Source: an uncultured Lachnospiraceae bacterium
Lineage (GTDB): Bacteria > Bacillota > Clostridia > Lachnospirales > Lachnospiraceae
Length of the DNA stretch: 42,309 nt
Direction of reading: 5' to 3'
NCBI GenBank assembly: GCA_902803505.1
Contig: CADCQE010000235.1
Coordinates: 1 to 42,309 of the forward strand
Shown here: positions 35,142 through 42,309 of the stretch, in pieces
Position numbering within the stretch: position 1 is the stretch's first letter
How the letters are laid out: every line of letters starts with the position of its first letter
Translations under genes and position numbers: made by a program
The notes under the pieces: model-generated
The model's database searches: none
Told to the model about the DNA's origin: nothing
Seen by the model: the letters and a program-made list of their open reading frames with translations, nothing else

Positions 35142-35148
35142 ATCCTCA

Positions 35149-35203
35149 GTTACTATTCCCGGTCAGTCTGTGGCCTGTAGCGGGAGGCGCCGTGAATCGT
35201 AAC
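35149..35203. repeat. Compact copy of dispersed element family 2 with both ends
   Basis: gttactattcccgg-tca-gtctgtggcctgtagcgggaggcg-ccgtgaatcgtaac; imperfect terminal inverted repeats. Confidence 0.8.
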
Positions 35204-35243
35204 AATCTCCGCTGCATCAAAGGAAGTGGATTCTTGGTTTAAG

Positions 35244-35272
35244 TTGACAAAACAAGGGACAGGTTTTAGAAT
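35244..35272 (+). promoter_or_regulatory. Sigma-A promoter for the sugar ABC operon
   Basis: TTGACA-N17-TAGAAT. Confidence 0.75.
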
Positions 35273-35321
35273 AATTTTGTCACTTCTGAATAACTTCCAG
35301 ACAAAGGGAAAGGAGTATTCA

Positions 35322-36590
35322 ATGAAACGTTTAGCAGCAGGTTTTTTAGCAGCAGTGATGGGTGCCAGCATGATCGCAGGTGCGGTCACAACAGTCAGTG
35401 CAGATGATCCGATCGAACTGGATGTCATCATCTGCCAGTATGGTCCGAACACAAATGAATGGTTCCTTGGCTCAGGAATGGACGGGAGCAATTTTGTCGA
35501 GAAATTCGAAGCAGAGAATCCGGACATTAAGCTGAATCTCGACGTTGTATCCTGGAATGATGTCTACACGGAAGTAGATACCCGCATCGCCAATAACGAC
35601 GCGCCGGATATTCTGAACATCGATGTCTTTGCGAATTATGCAAATGACGGTCTTCTTCTCCCGGTCTCTGATTACTGCCCGGAGGATCTCTACGAAGATT
35701 TCTTCCCCTCCTTTATTGAACAGTCGGTCATTGACGACACGGTCTGGGCTGTTCCGGATCTCGCCTCTGCCCGCGCGCTGTTCTGCAACGTGGACATCTT
35801 CGAGGAAGTGGGCATCGACTATCCCACAACCTGGTCCGAGCTGGAGGACTGCTGCCAGGCAATCATTGATTACTATGACGGCGAAGTCTATCCCTGGGGC
35901 ATTGACATGACCACTGACGAAGGCCAGGCTGCTTTCGCGTATTATACCTGGGGGAATGGCGGCGGCTTCGTGGATGCCGACGGCAACTGGGCAGTCAACT
36001 CCGATGAGAACGTAGAAGCCATCGAATATGCGCTTCACCTGATCGACGAGGGCTATACGAATCCGAATCCCGCGACACAGACCCGCTATGACCTGCAGGA
36101 TATGTTCGCAGCAGGCAAGCTTGCGATGGTGATCGCCCCGAACCAGCTTCCCACCTATGTGGCGGACAAGGGCGGCGACATCAACCTGGTCACCGTAAAT
36201 ATCCCGGCTGCTGACAACAAGGAATCCTCCTCTGTCGGCGTCATGGACCGCGTCATGGCCTTCAAGGATGACTCTGCTCCCGACCAGGATGCAAGAAATG
36301 AAGCCATCGGCAAGTTCCTGAGCTTCTTCTATGACCCCGAGAACTATGTGGGATGGGTCTCCATGGAGGGCTTCCTGCCGGCAGTGAATTCTGCGGTCGA
36401 AGCACTCGTGGAAGCAGATCCTTCTTTCGAGGCCTGGCTGGATGTCCTCGGCGGCTGCCAGTTCTATCCGACAGCGAAGGCTGAGTGGGATCAGGTCAAG
36501 CAAGGCGTCATCGCCGCTGAGCAGAATGCTCTGACCGGCGCCAGCATCAAAGATGAACTGGATGCGCTTCAGGCTGAATTAGAGCAGTAA
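35322..36590 (+). CDS. Carbohydrate ABC transporter substrate-binding protein (CUT1, family 1)
   Basis: ATG at 35322 after AAGGAG; signal peptide; FEAENPDIKLNL...W, APDIL, MFAAGKLAM; followed by two permeases. Confidence 0.9.
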   Translation: MKRLAAGFLAAVMGASMIAGAVTTVSADDPIELDVIICQYGPNTNEWFLGSGMDGSNFVEKFEAENPDIKLNLDVVSWNDVYTEVDTRIANNDAPDILNIDVFANYANDGLLLPVSDYCPEDLYEDFFPSFIEQSVIDDTVWAVPDLASARALFCNVDIFEEVGIDYPTTWSELEDCCQAIIDYYDGEVYPWGIDMTTDEGQAAFAYYTWGNGGGFVDADGNWAVNSDENVEAIEYALHLIDEGYTNPNPATQTRYDLQDMFAAGKLAMVIAPNQLPTYVADKGGDINLVTVNIPAADNKESSSVGVMDRVMAFKDDSAPDQDARNEAIGKFLSFFYDPENYVGWVSMEGFLPAVNSAVEALVEADPSFEAWLDVLGGCQFYPTAKAEWDQVKQGVIAAEQNALTGASIKDELDALQAELEQ

Positions 36591-36602
36591 ATCTTGTAAG
36601 AT

Positions 36603-36820
36603 GAGCCAAAGGGGCTGTGGAATGCTGACGGCGGACAAAAGTGTGCGTCAGCAGGGACGGTTCCCTTTGGCTCCTTTTGTTCATCACGGTCAAGTTCTGA
36701 CATCGCTTGAAGGGAGTCAGAGAGAAGCGTCTCAGGCTGGCTCACTTTGTTCGTCACAGTCGTGCATTCACAAGGATAGAAAAATGAGTCGAAGAGAGCA
36801 GTCCCTGCTGACTCATTTTT
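36603..36820. repeat. Cluster of REP-like hairpins (BIME-like) between the binding-protein and permease genes
   Basis: gagccaaaggggctgt...gcagggacggttccctttggctc (36603-36673); gagtcag-agagaagcgtctcagg-ctggctc (36714-36743); aaaaatgagtc-gaagagagcagtccctgct-gactcattttt (36780-36820). Confidence 0.75.
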
Positions 36821-36834
36821 TTCGTTAAAGAGAT

Positions 36835-37713
36835 ATGAAGCAGAAACAATCCTGGAAACCGTATCTATGGCTCCTTCCGAGCATCCTGCTGATCTCGGTC
36901 TTCGTCATTTTCCCGATCGTGATCGTATTCCGCCTGTCCTTCAGTGAGATCTCAAAATCAGGCGTAGTGGGCGGGTTTGTCGGATTGAAGAACTATGTCG
37001 AAGCCGTTCATCTGCCGGCCTTTGGAATTGTGATGAAGAACACCTTCTGGTGGGTTATCTCCGTGGTCGGCCTGTCCACGCTCATCGGCTTCATCATCGC
37101 GCTCGCACTCAATCAGAAATTCCGCGGGAGGAAGATTGCCCGGTCCATCCTCATCTTTCCCTGGGCCACATCCCTTGTGATCCAGGCATCGGTCTGGAAC
37201 TATATCATAAAATACGAATACGGCAGCCTCAACAACACGCTGCTCAATCTCGGCGTGATCAGGGAAGCAATAAACTGGCGCGCTTCCTACCAGATCGAGT
37301 TCATCTGGGAATGCGCCTGCGGCATCTTCGTCACGATTCCTTTCGTGGCCTTCTGCGTGCTGGCCGGCATGCAGTCCATCGACGAATCCCTCTATGAATC
37401 CGCAACAGTGGACGGCGCCGGCTTCTTCAGCAAGCTCTTCCGCATCACGCTTCCGCTTGTGATGCCCTCCCTGACAGTGAGCACGGTGCTCAACATCATC
37501 TATGTGTTCAACTCCTTCCCGATCATATTCACGATGACGAAGGGTGCGCCCGCCAATAAGACGGACACGATGATCACCTTTCTCTATATGCTGAGCTTCT
37601 ATGACCGGAAGAAGGGCCCGGCGAACGCCCTGTCTGTCATCGGCTTCCTGATCCTGTGCTTCTGCGCCGGCATCTACATGCTCACGATGCTGAGAAAGGA
37701 GGAAGACTTATGA
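36835..37713 (+). CDS. Carbohydrate ABC transporter permease (MalF/UgpA-like)
   Basis: PYLWLLPS, FVGLKNY, EAA-like loop LAGMQSIDESLYESATVDGA, FRITLPL. Confidence 0.93.
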   Translation: MKQKQSWKPYLWLLPSILLISVFVIFPIVIVFRLSFSEISKSGVVGGFVGLKNYVEAVHLPAFGIVMKNTFWWVISVVGLSTLIGFIIALALNQKFRGRKIARSILIFPWATSLVIQASVWNYIIKYEYGSLNNTLLNLGVIREAINWRASYQIEFIWECACGIFVTIPFVAFCVLAGMQSIDESLYESATVDGAGFFSKLFRITLPLVMPSLTVSTVLNIIYVFNSFPIIFTMTKGAPANKTDTMITFLYMLSFYDRKKGPANALSVIGFLILCFCAGIYMLTMLRKEEDL

Positions 37714-39302
37714 TGCAGGGAAATGAAAAACGGACGAACTGTATCTCCCTCCTCCTTGTGTTTCTGGGACTCGGGCTTGCCCTCGCCCTGATGCTGCTGC
37801 CTCTGTACAGCTTCAAGGCGGGCATTTACACGAAAAAATCCTCCAACACCTTTGTGGGAGATGAAAAATACCGGGAGGTGCGCGCCGAAGTAGAAGAGAT
37901 CGCTGAGGAATACCGCGCCAAGGGCCACAATGTGGAGATCAGTGAGAGCGTGACAGAGCGCACGAATTCTAAGGGAGAGACCACGTCGCTGGTGGCATTT
38001 TCCATCGATGAGTCCTTTCACAAGAGCATTCTCTCCTTTGCAAATGCAGGCCTTCCTTCCTCCGCTGCGCTCCTGGTGATGCTGGCCGCCATGGGAGCGG
38101 CATTGCTGGCGGCCCTGGCCGGCACGCTCCCCTCCATCACAAAGAACGGCCGCGCTCTTACGGGAGGACAGGCGGCCCTGCGGGACCTCAGCTGCTTTGC
38201 TTCCCTGGCCGCTATGATTTCGGTTCCCGTATTTGTGCTCATGAATAATTCCCTGTTCTGGAGGAAGATCAGCCTCTACGCCCAGGACCTCCTGACAGAG
38301 GGCAAGGAAGAGCTTTACGCAAAGCTCGACGGCTTTCTCTATGGAGGGAGCATGGGAGAGGAGATCGGGGATGCCCTGAAGCACGTCAGCTGTGAACACA
38401 GCCCCCTTGTGTGGGCTCTGCTGCTCTGTTTTGCGGTCAGCGGCATAGCGGCAATCCTTCTCCGCTACGGGTCCGTCAAGAAGAAGCTCCTGCGCGTGGC
38501 ACTCTACGCCTTCGTGATTGTGGTCTGCGTGATCACGCTCTATCCCTACTACGTCATGTTTATCACGGCCTTCCGCTCCAATGCGGAGACCCTGGACATG
38601 TATTTCCTGCACATGCTGCCGACGAAGTGGCTGTGGGGGAACCTGGGAGACATCATCAAGCGCGGCGTGCCCGGCTTCCTTTTCAATTCTGTCCTGATCG
38701 CGGGAGGGGCCACGCTGCTGGCACTGCTTTGCGGGATTCCCGCGGCCTATGCCATGGCCCGCATGCACTTCAAAGCCAAGAAATTCTTCCTCGGCTTCGT
38801 CATCATGAGCCAGATGTTCTCGCCGGTAGTGCTCATCATCGGCATCTCCCAGCTTATGAATGTGATGCATCTCAACGACAACATCCTGGGGCTGATCTTT
38901 GTAAATGCCGCCTTCAACCAGGCATTTGCCATCTGGCTGCTCCGCGGGACCTTTGTATCCATTCCGGTGGAAATGGAGCAGGCCGCGAAGATCGACGGCT
39001 GCGGCACAGTGGGCTCCATGGTCCGGGTGCTGCTGCCCATGGCCGCCCCCGGTATCGTGACAACACTGATCTTCGTGTTCATCAACGCCTGGAATGAGTA
39101 CACCATCTCCACAGTGCTGATCTCTACGGCTTCGAAGAGACCCATTACGGTCGGCATCACGCAGTTCTCGTCCTTCAACATGATCGAGTGGCAGTATCTC
39201 TTCGCGGCTTCGCTCCTTGCGACAGTGCCGGTGGTGGTCCTGTTCATGTGCATCGAGAAGCACCTGACCAGCGGTCTCACAAGCGGAGGTGTAAAGGGAT
39301 GA
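37710..39302 (+). CDS. Carbohydrate ABC transporter permease (MalG/UgpE-like) with long N-terminal extension
   Basis: C-terminal half has PAAYAMAR, SIPVEMEQAAKIDGC, FINAWNEY, GLTSGGVKG; about 250 extra N-terminal residues with additional TM segments; ATG overlaps the upstream stop. Confidence 0.88.
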   Translation: MMQGNEKRTNCISLLLVFLGLGLALALMLLPLYSFKAGIYTKKSSNTFVGDEKYREVRAEVEEIAEEYRAKGHNVEISESVTERTNSKGETTSLVAFSIDESFHKSILSFANAGLPSSAALLVMLAAMGAALLAALAGTLPSITKNGRALTGGQAALRDLSCFASLAAMISVPVFVLMNNSLFWRKISLYAQDLLTEGKEELYAKLDGFLYGGSMGEEIGDALKHVSCEHSPLVWALLLCFAVSGIAAILLRYGSVKKKLLRVALYAFVIVVCVITLYPYYVMFITAFRSNAETLDMYFLHMLPTKWLWGNLGDIIKRGVPGFLFNSVLIAGGATLLALLCGIPAAYAMARMHFKAKKFFLGFVIMSQMFSPVVLIIGISQLMNVMHLNDNILGLIFVNAAFNQAFAIWLLRGTFVSIPVEMEQAAKIDGCGTVGSMVRVLLPMAAPGIVTTLIFVFINAWNEYTISTVLISTASKRPITVGITQFSSFNMIEWQYLFAASLLATVPVVVLFMCIEKHLTSGLTSGGVKG

Positions 39303-40372
39303 GAAGACAGGTACTCTGCTCGGTATGTGCTGCCGTGACTGCTTTTTTTCTCTGCTGTCACACGGCGGCCGGAAGTTCCGATTCCCTCGTACCCGGGGAT
39401 ATTGTGCCCAATGAGAAGGGCATCCTGACCGTGGGGTTTGTCATGGTCGGCGCGGAATCAGACTGGCGCATTGCGTGCAACCGCTCCATTGAGTCCACAT
39501 TTACAAGGGAGAACGGCTACTCCCTCCTGATCAGCGATGCCCAGCAGAAGCACGAGAAACAGATCAAGGCAGTGCGGGAATACATCAGCCAGGAAGTGGA
39601 CTACATCCTCCTCAATCCGATTGTTGAAAATGGATGGAACTCGCTCCTTGAGGAGGCCCGGGAGGCGGGGATCCCGGTGATTGTATTCGACCGCGAGGTG
39701 GACGCCGGGACAGAAGAGTACACGACATGGCTCGGCTCCGATTTCTATCTCGAGGGGCAGCGGGCCCTGGCCTATCTGGATGCGTTCCTGTCGGGCCGCG
39801 GCTATGAAGAGGAGCTTGGCATCGTCCATATTCAGGGAACGATCAATTCCTCGGCCCAGCTCGGGAGGACCAGGGCCCTCGACGAGGCACTGAATACCCA
39901 TGCGAACTGGAAGCTCCTGGACCGGCAGACAGGGGATTTCACAACGGCAAAGGGCAAGGAAGTCATGGTCGATATGCTGGACCGCTTCGGCAGCGAAATC
40001 CAGGTGGTCTATTGTGAAAATGACAACGAGGCCTATGGAGCCATCGATGCGATCGAAGGGGCGGGCCTCCATGTGGGGACGGACCTCGCCTCCGGAGACA
40101 TCCTGGTGCTCTCCTTCGACGCCACCAATGACGGGCTGGATCTGACCCTTGGCGAGAAGATCCTCGTCAATACGGAGTGCGCGCCCCTCTACGGGCCGCT
40201 GATCAGCCAGCTGATTGCCAGGCTGCAGGCGGGAGAAGAACTGCCGTCCAGGCAGTACGTGTCGGAGGATCAGTTTTCCGCCCTTTCAGACCCTGCGGAA
40301 GTGAGCGTGGACGGCTTGTCTTATCCGGTCACGCAGCTGACGCAGGAGATCATAGACGGGAGAACGTATTAG
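39299..40372 (+). CDS. Monosaccharide-binding protein (periplasmic binding protein type I, YtfQ/RbsB-like), probably a sensory accessory
   Basis: VGFVMVGAESDWR, DAQQKHEKQI, AGIPVIVFDR, CENDNEAYGA, LSFDA; ATGA overlap with the permease stop. Confidence 0.88.
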   Translation: MRRQVLCSVCAAVTAFFLCCHTAAGSSDSLVPGDIVPNEKGILTVGFVMVGAESDWRIACNRSIESTFTRENGYSLLISDAQQKHEKQIKAVREYISQEVDYILLNPIVENGWNSLLEEAREAGIPVIVFDREVDAGTEEYTTWLGSDFYLEGQRALAYLDAFLSGRGYEEELGIVHIQGTINSSAQLGRTRALDEALNTHANWKLLDRQTGDFTTAKGKEVMVDMLDRFGSEIQVVYCENDNEAYGAIDAIEGAGLHVGTDLASGDILVLSFDATNDGLDLTLGEKILVNTECAPLYGPLISQLIARLQAGEELPSRQYVSEDQFSALSDPAEVSVDGLSYPVTQLTQEIIDGRTY

Positions 40373-42007
40373 ATGATCAAGCTTTTTTTGGCAGAAGATG
40401 AAATTGCAATGCGTGAGGGCATACGCCGCCACATCCACTGGGAGGAAGAGGGCATAGAATTCTGCGGAGAGGCGGGGGACGGAGAGTTGGCTCTTCCGCT
40501 GATCCTCCAGCAGAAGCCCGATATTCTCATCACGGATATCAAGATGCCCTTTATGGATGGACTGGAGCTGGCGGCGGAAGTCAAGAAGCAGCTCCCGGAT
40601 ACAAAGATCGTGATTCTCTCGGGCTACAGTGAGTTTGAGTACGCCCAGGAGGCACTGCGCCTCGGCGTGACGGAATACCTCCTGAAACCCATTACTCCGA
40701 AGAAGCTGAAGGAAGTGATCCGGAAGCTGGCGGATTCCATCGAAGAGGAGCGGGCCAGCAAGGAAGCGCGCTTTGACCTGCTACAGGAGGAACTGAGGGA
40801 GAAGGACGAGCGGGACCGCAGGGAACTGCTGATGACCATTCTCTCTTCGGAGAGCGGGACGCGGGAGATCCTTCAGAAGGCGGAGGAGGTCGGCATCCGG
40901 CTCAGCGCCGTGTGCTACCGCGTATTGCTTGTCTTCTTCTTCTGCGAATCGGATTACCGGAAGCAGGACGAGGCGGATGAGCTGCTTCGCTCGGTCATCG
41001 ACGGGTCACAGCTTGAGGAACGCTGCTTCCTGTTCGAGCATGGGCTCGACAGCCGCATCATTCTTATGGCCGGGCAGTCCGGGGAAGAGCTGGAGGAAGA
41101 GAGCAGTGCCCTCATCTTCAGCATCTCTGCTGCCATGGATGAGGTGGAGGAGCTCCACTATTTCATCTGCATCAGCTCTGATGCAACGAGGCTCAGCTCC
41201 ATCCGCCGGGTCTACCGGGAGGCTTATAAGACGGCATCCTGCCGCTTCTTCCTGCCGCTGGACCAGACGATCCGGGCCGACACGCCCATTCCCCAGATCC
41301 TCAATATGGAGAACCGCACTCCCATCAACACGGAGATCGCCCTTCAGAACGGCAACCTGCGCACGGTCTGGGAGAATTTCCTCCACACGGGGACGCTCTC
41401 AGAAGCGAAGGACTTCGTGGAGGGGGTATTTTCCTCAATCGGGGAGAGCAACGGGCAGTCCATCATTTTCCTGAATTACCTCACGATGGACTGTTATTTC
41501 TGCATGGCCCGTTTCCTGAAGGAGATGGGGAGAGAACCGGAGGATGTCAATGCGGCCGTGGGCGACATCAATACGGCGGTGGGCCGCTTAAAGAGTGCCG
41601 GGGACGCCAAGCACTATCTGGAGATCTATCTCGAGGAGGTCATACGGCAGAGGGACAACAACGCCACCAGTAAGAATAACCAGCTGCTGCAGAACGCCCT
41701 CGATTATATCGACGAGCACTACACCGACGGTTCCCTCACTTTGCAGGATGCTGCTTCGGCGGCATCGCTCAGTCCCAACCGCTTCTCCTCTCTCTTCTCC
41801 CATGAGATGGGGATGACCTTCATCGAGTACCTGATCGGCAAACGCATGGAGAGAGCCTGCGAGCTGCTCATGACGACGGATCTCAAGAGCTTTGAGGTGG
41901 CGTACAACTCCGGATACAACGATCCCCATTACTTCAGCACCACATTTAAGAAAGTGAAAGGCATGTCGCCCATGGAGTACCGCAGAAGAGGGCAGGCACA
42001 ATCATGA
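40373..42007 (+). CDS. YesN-like response regulator (receiver + AraC HTH)
   Basis: LAEDE, LITDIKMPFMDG, SGYSEFEYAQEA, YLLKP; C-terminal AraC FSHEMG...GYNDPHYFSTTFKK...SPMEYR. Confidence 0.95.
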   Translation: MIKLFLAEDEIAMREGIRRHIHWEEEGIEFCGEAGDGELALPLILQQKPDILITDIKMPFMDGLELAAEVKKQLPDTKIVILSGYSEFEYAQEALRLGVTEYLLKPITPKKLKEVIRKLADSIEEERASKEARFDLLQEELREKDERDRRELLMTILSSESGTREILQKAEEVGIRLSAVCYRVLLVFFFCESDYRKQDEADELLRSVIDGSQLEERCFLFEHGLDSRIILMAGQSGEELEEESSALIFSISAAMDEVEELHYFICISSDATRLSSIRRVYREAYKTASCRFFLPLDQTIRADTPIPQILNMENRTPINTEIALQNGNLRTVWENFLHTGTLSEAKDFVEGVFSSIGESNGQSIIFLNYLTMDCYFCMARFLKEMGREPEDVNAAVGDINTAVGRLKSAGDAKHYLEIYLEEVIRQRDNNATSKNNQLLQNALDYIDEHYTDGSLTLQDAASAASLSPNRFSSLFSHEMGMTFIEYLIGKRMERACELLMTTDLKSFEVAYNSGYNDPHYFSTTFKKVKGMSPMEYRRRGQAQS

Positions 42008-42309
42008 AGAAAGACAAGGGCGGAATGTCGATCCGGGCGCGGGTGATGAGTCTGACGGTCATACTCATCATCCCTTTTGTTATGCTTGTCTTCGTCCTAC
42101 TTTACCAGTTAAACCGTATCGGCGATTCCTACGACGCCATCGTGAAGAATATTACGAAGGTCAATGAGTTCAATATTGTCTTTAAGGAAAAGATCGATTC
42201 CGTCATGTACATGATGGTGGCCCACTCCCTCAGCAAATATGAAGTGAAATGGGAGCTGGGCACGGAGAATCCGGAGGTGCTGATCCGGGAGGCCGAGGAG
42301 GCTTTCGAG
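42004..42309 (+). CDS. Probable YesM/LytS-like sensor histidine kinase, N-terminal part (runs off the window end)
   Basis: ATGA overlap with the regulator stop; MKKDKGGMSIRARVMSLTVILIIPFVMLVFVLLYQL (TM1) then SYDAIVKNITKVNEFN; kinase motifs lie outside the window, so identity is from context. Confidence 0.7.
   Translation, partial: MKKDKGGMSIRARVMSLTVILIIPFVMLVFVLLYQLNRIGDSYDAIVKNITKVNEFNIVFKEKIDSVMYMMVAHSLSKYEVKWELGTENPEVLIREAEEAFE

Noticed and set aside
35255-35266. agggacaggttt in the ABC promoter spacer as another REP copy
   Set aside because: Only a short partial match with no flanking stem. It could be chance or a TF operator.

Overview
A GC-rich window from a Clostridia/Lachnospiraceae-like Firmicute, judged from gene content and order. 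It is mostly core chromosome, and I see no rRNA, tRNA, CRISPR array, prophage or transposase. In order it holds: the 5' part of iorA, an amidohydrolase, a DUF4342-like gene with an OmpR-family two-component system and an SDR, a Na+:solute symporter divergent from an acyl-CoA ligase, a GGDEF/EAL gene, an L,D-transpeptidase, a HAD hydrolase, mutY, a GT2 glycosyltransferase and an acidic SPKTG-anchored surface protein. Next come the SCIFF ranthipeptide pair (the 47-aa scfA is absent from the supplied ORF track) and secDF-recJ-apt-relA-MBL-hemZ-HD-GYP-hisS-aspS. The window ends with a second L,D-transpeptidase and a sugar ABC transporter with a binding-protein/YesN/YesM-type sensing module. The most interesting signals are non-coding. 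(1) A dispersed REP-like hairpin family has a conserved GAGAACCGTCCC core and covarying stems, and a related perfect palindrome lies in frame inside the SDR gene. (2) A second dispersed element has GTTACTATTCAC/GTGAATAGTAAC ends. (3) A shared 8-bp-periodic candidate operator lies in the promoters of iorA, the symporter and the acyl-CoA ligase, suggesting an aromatic/carboxylic-acid salvage regulon. (4) Several conserved enzymes appear to carry polar in-frame insertions. All calls come from reading motifs by eye; no database searches were run.
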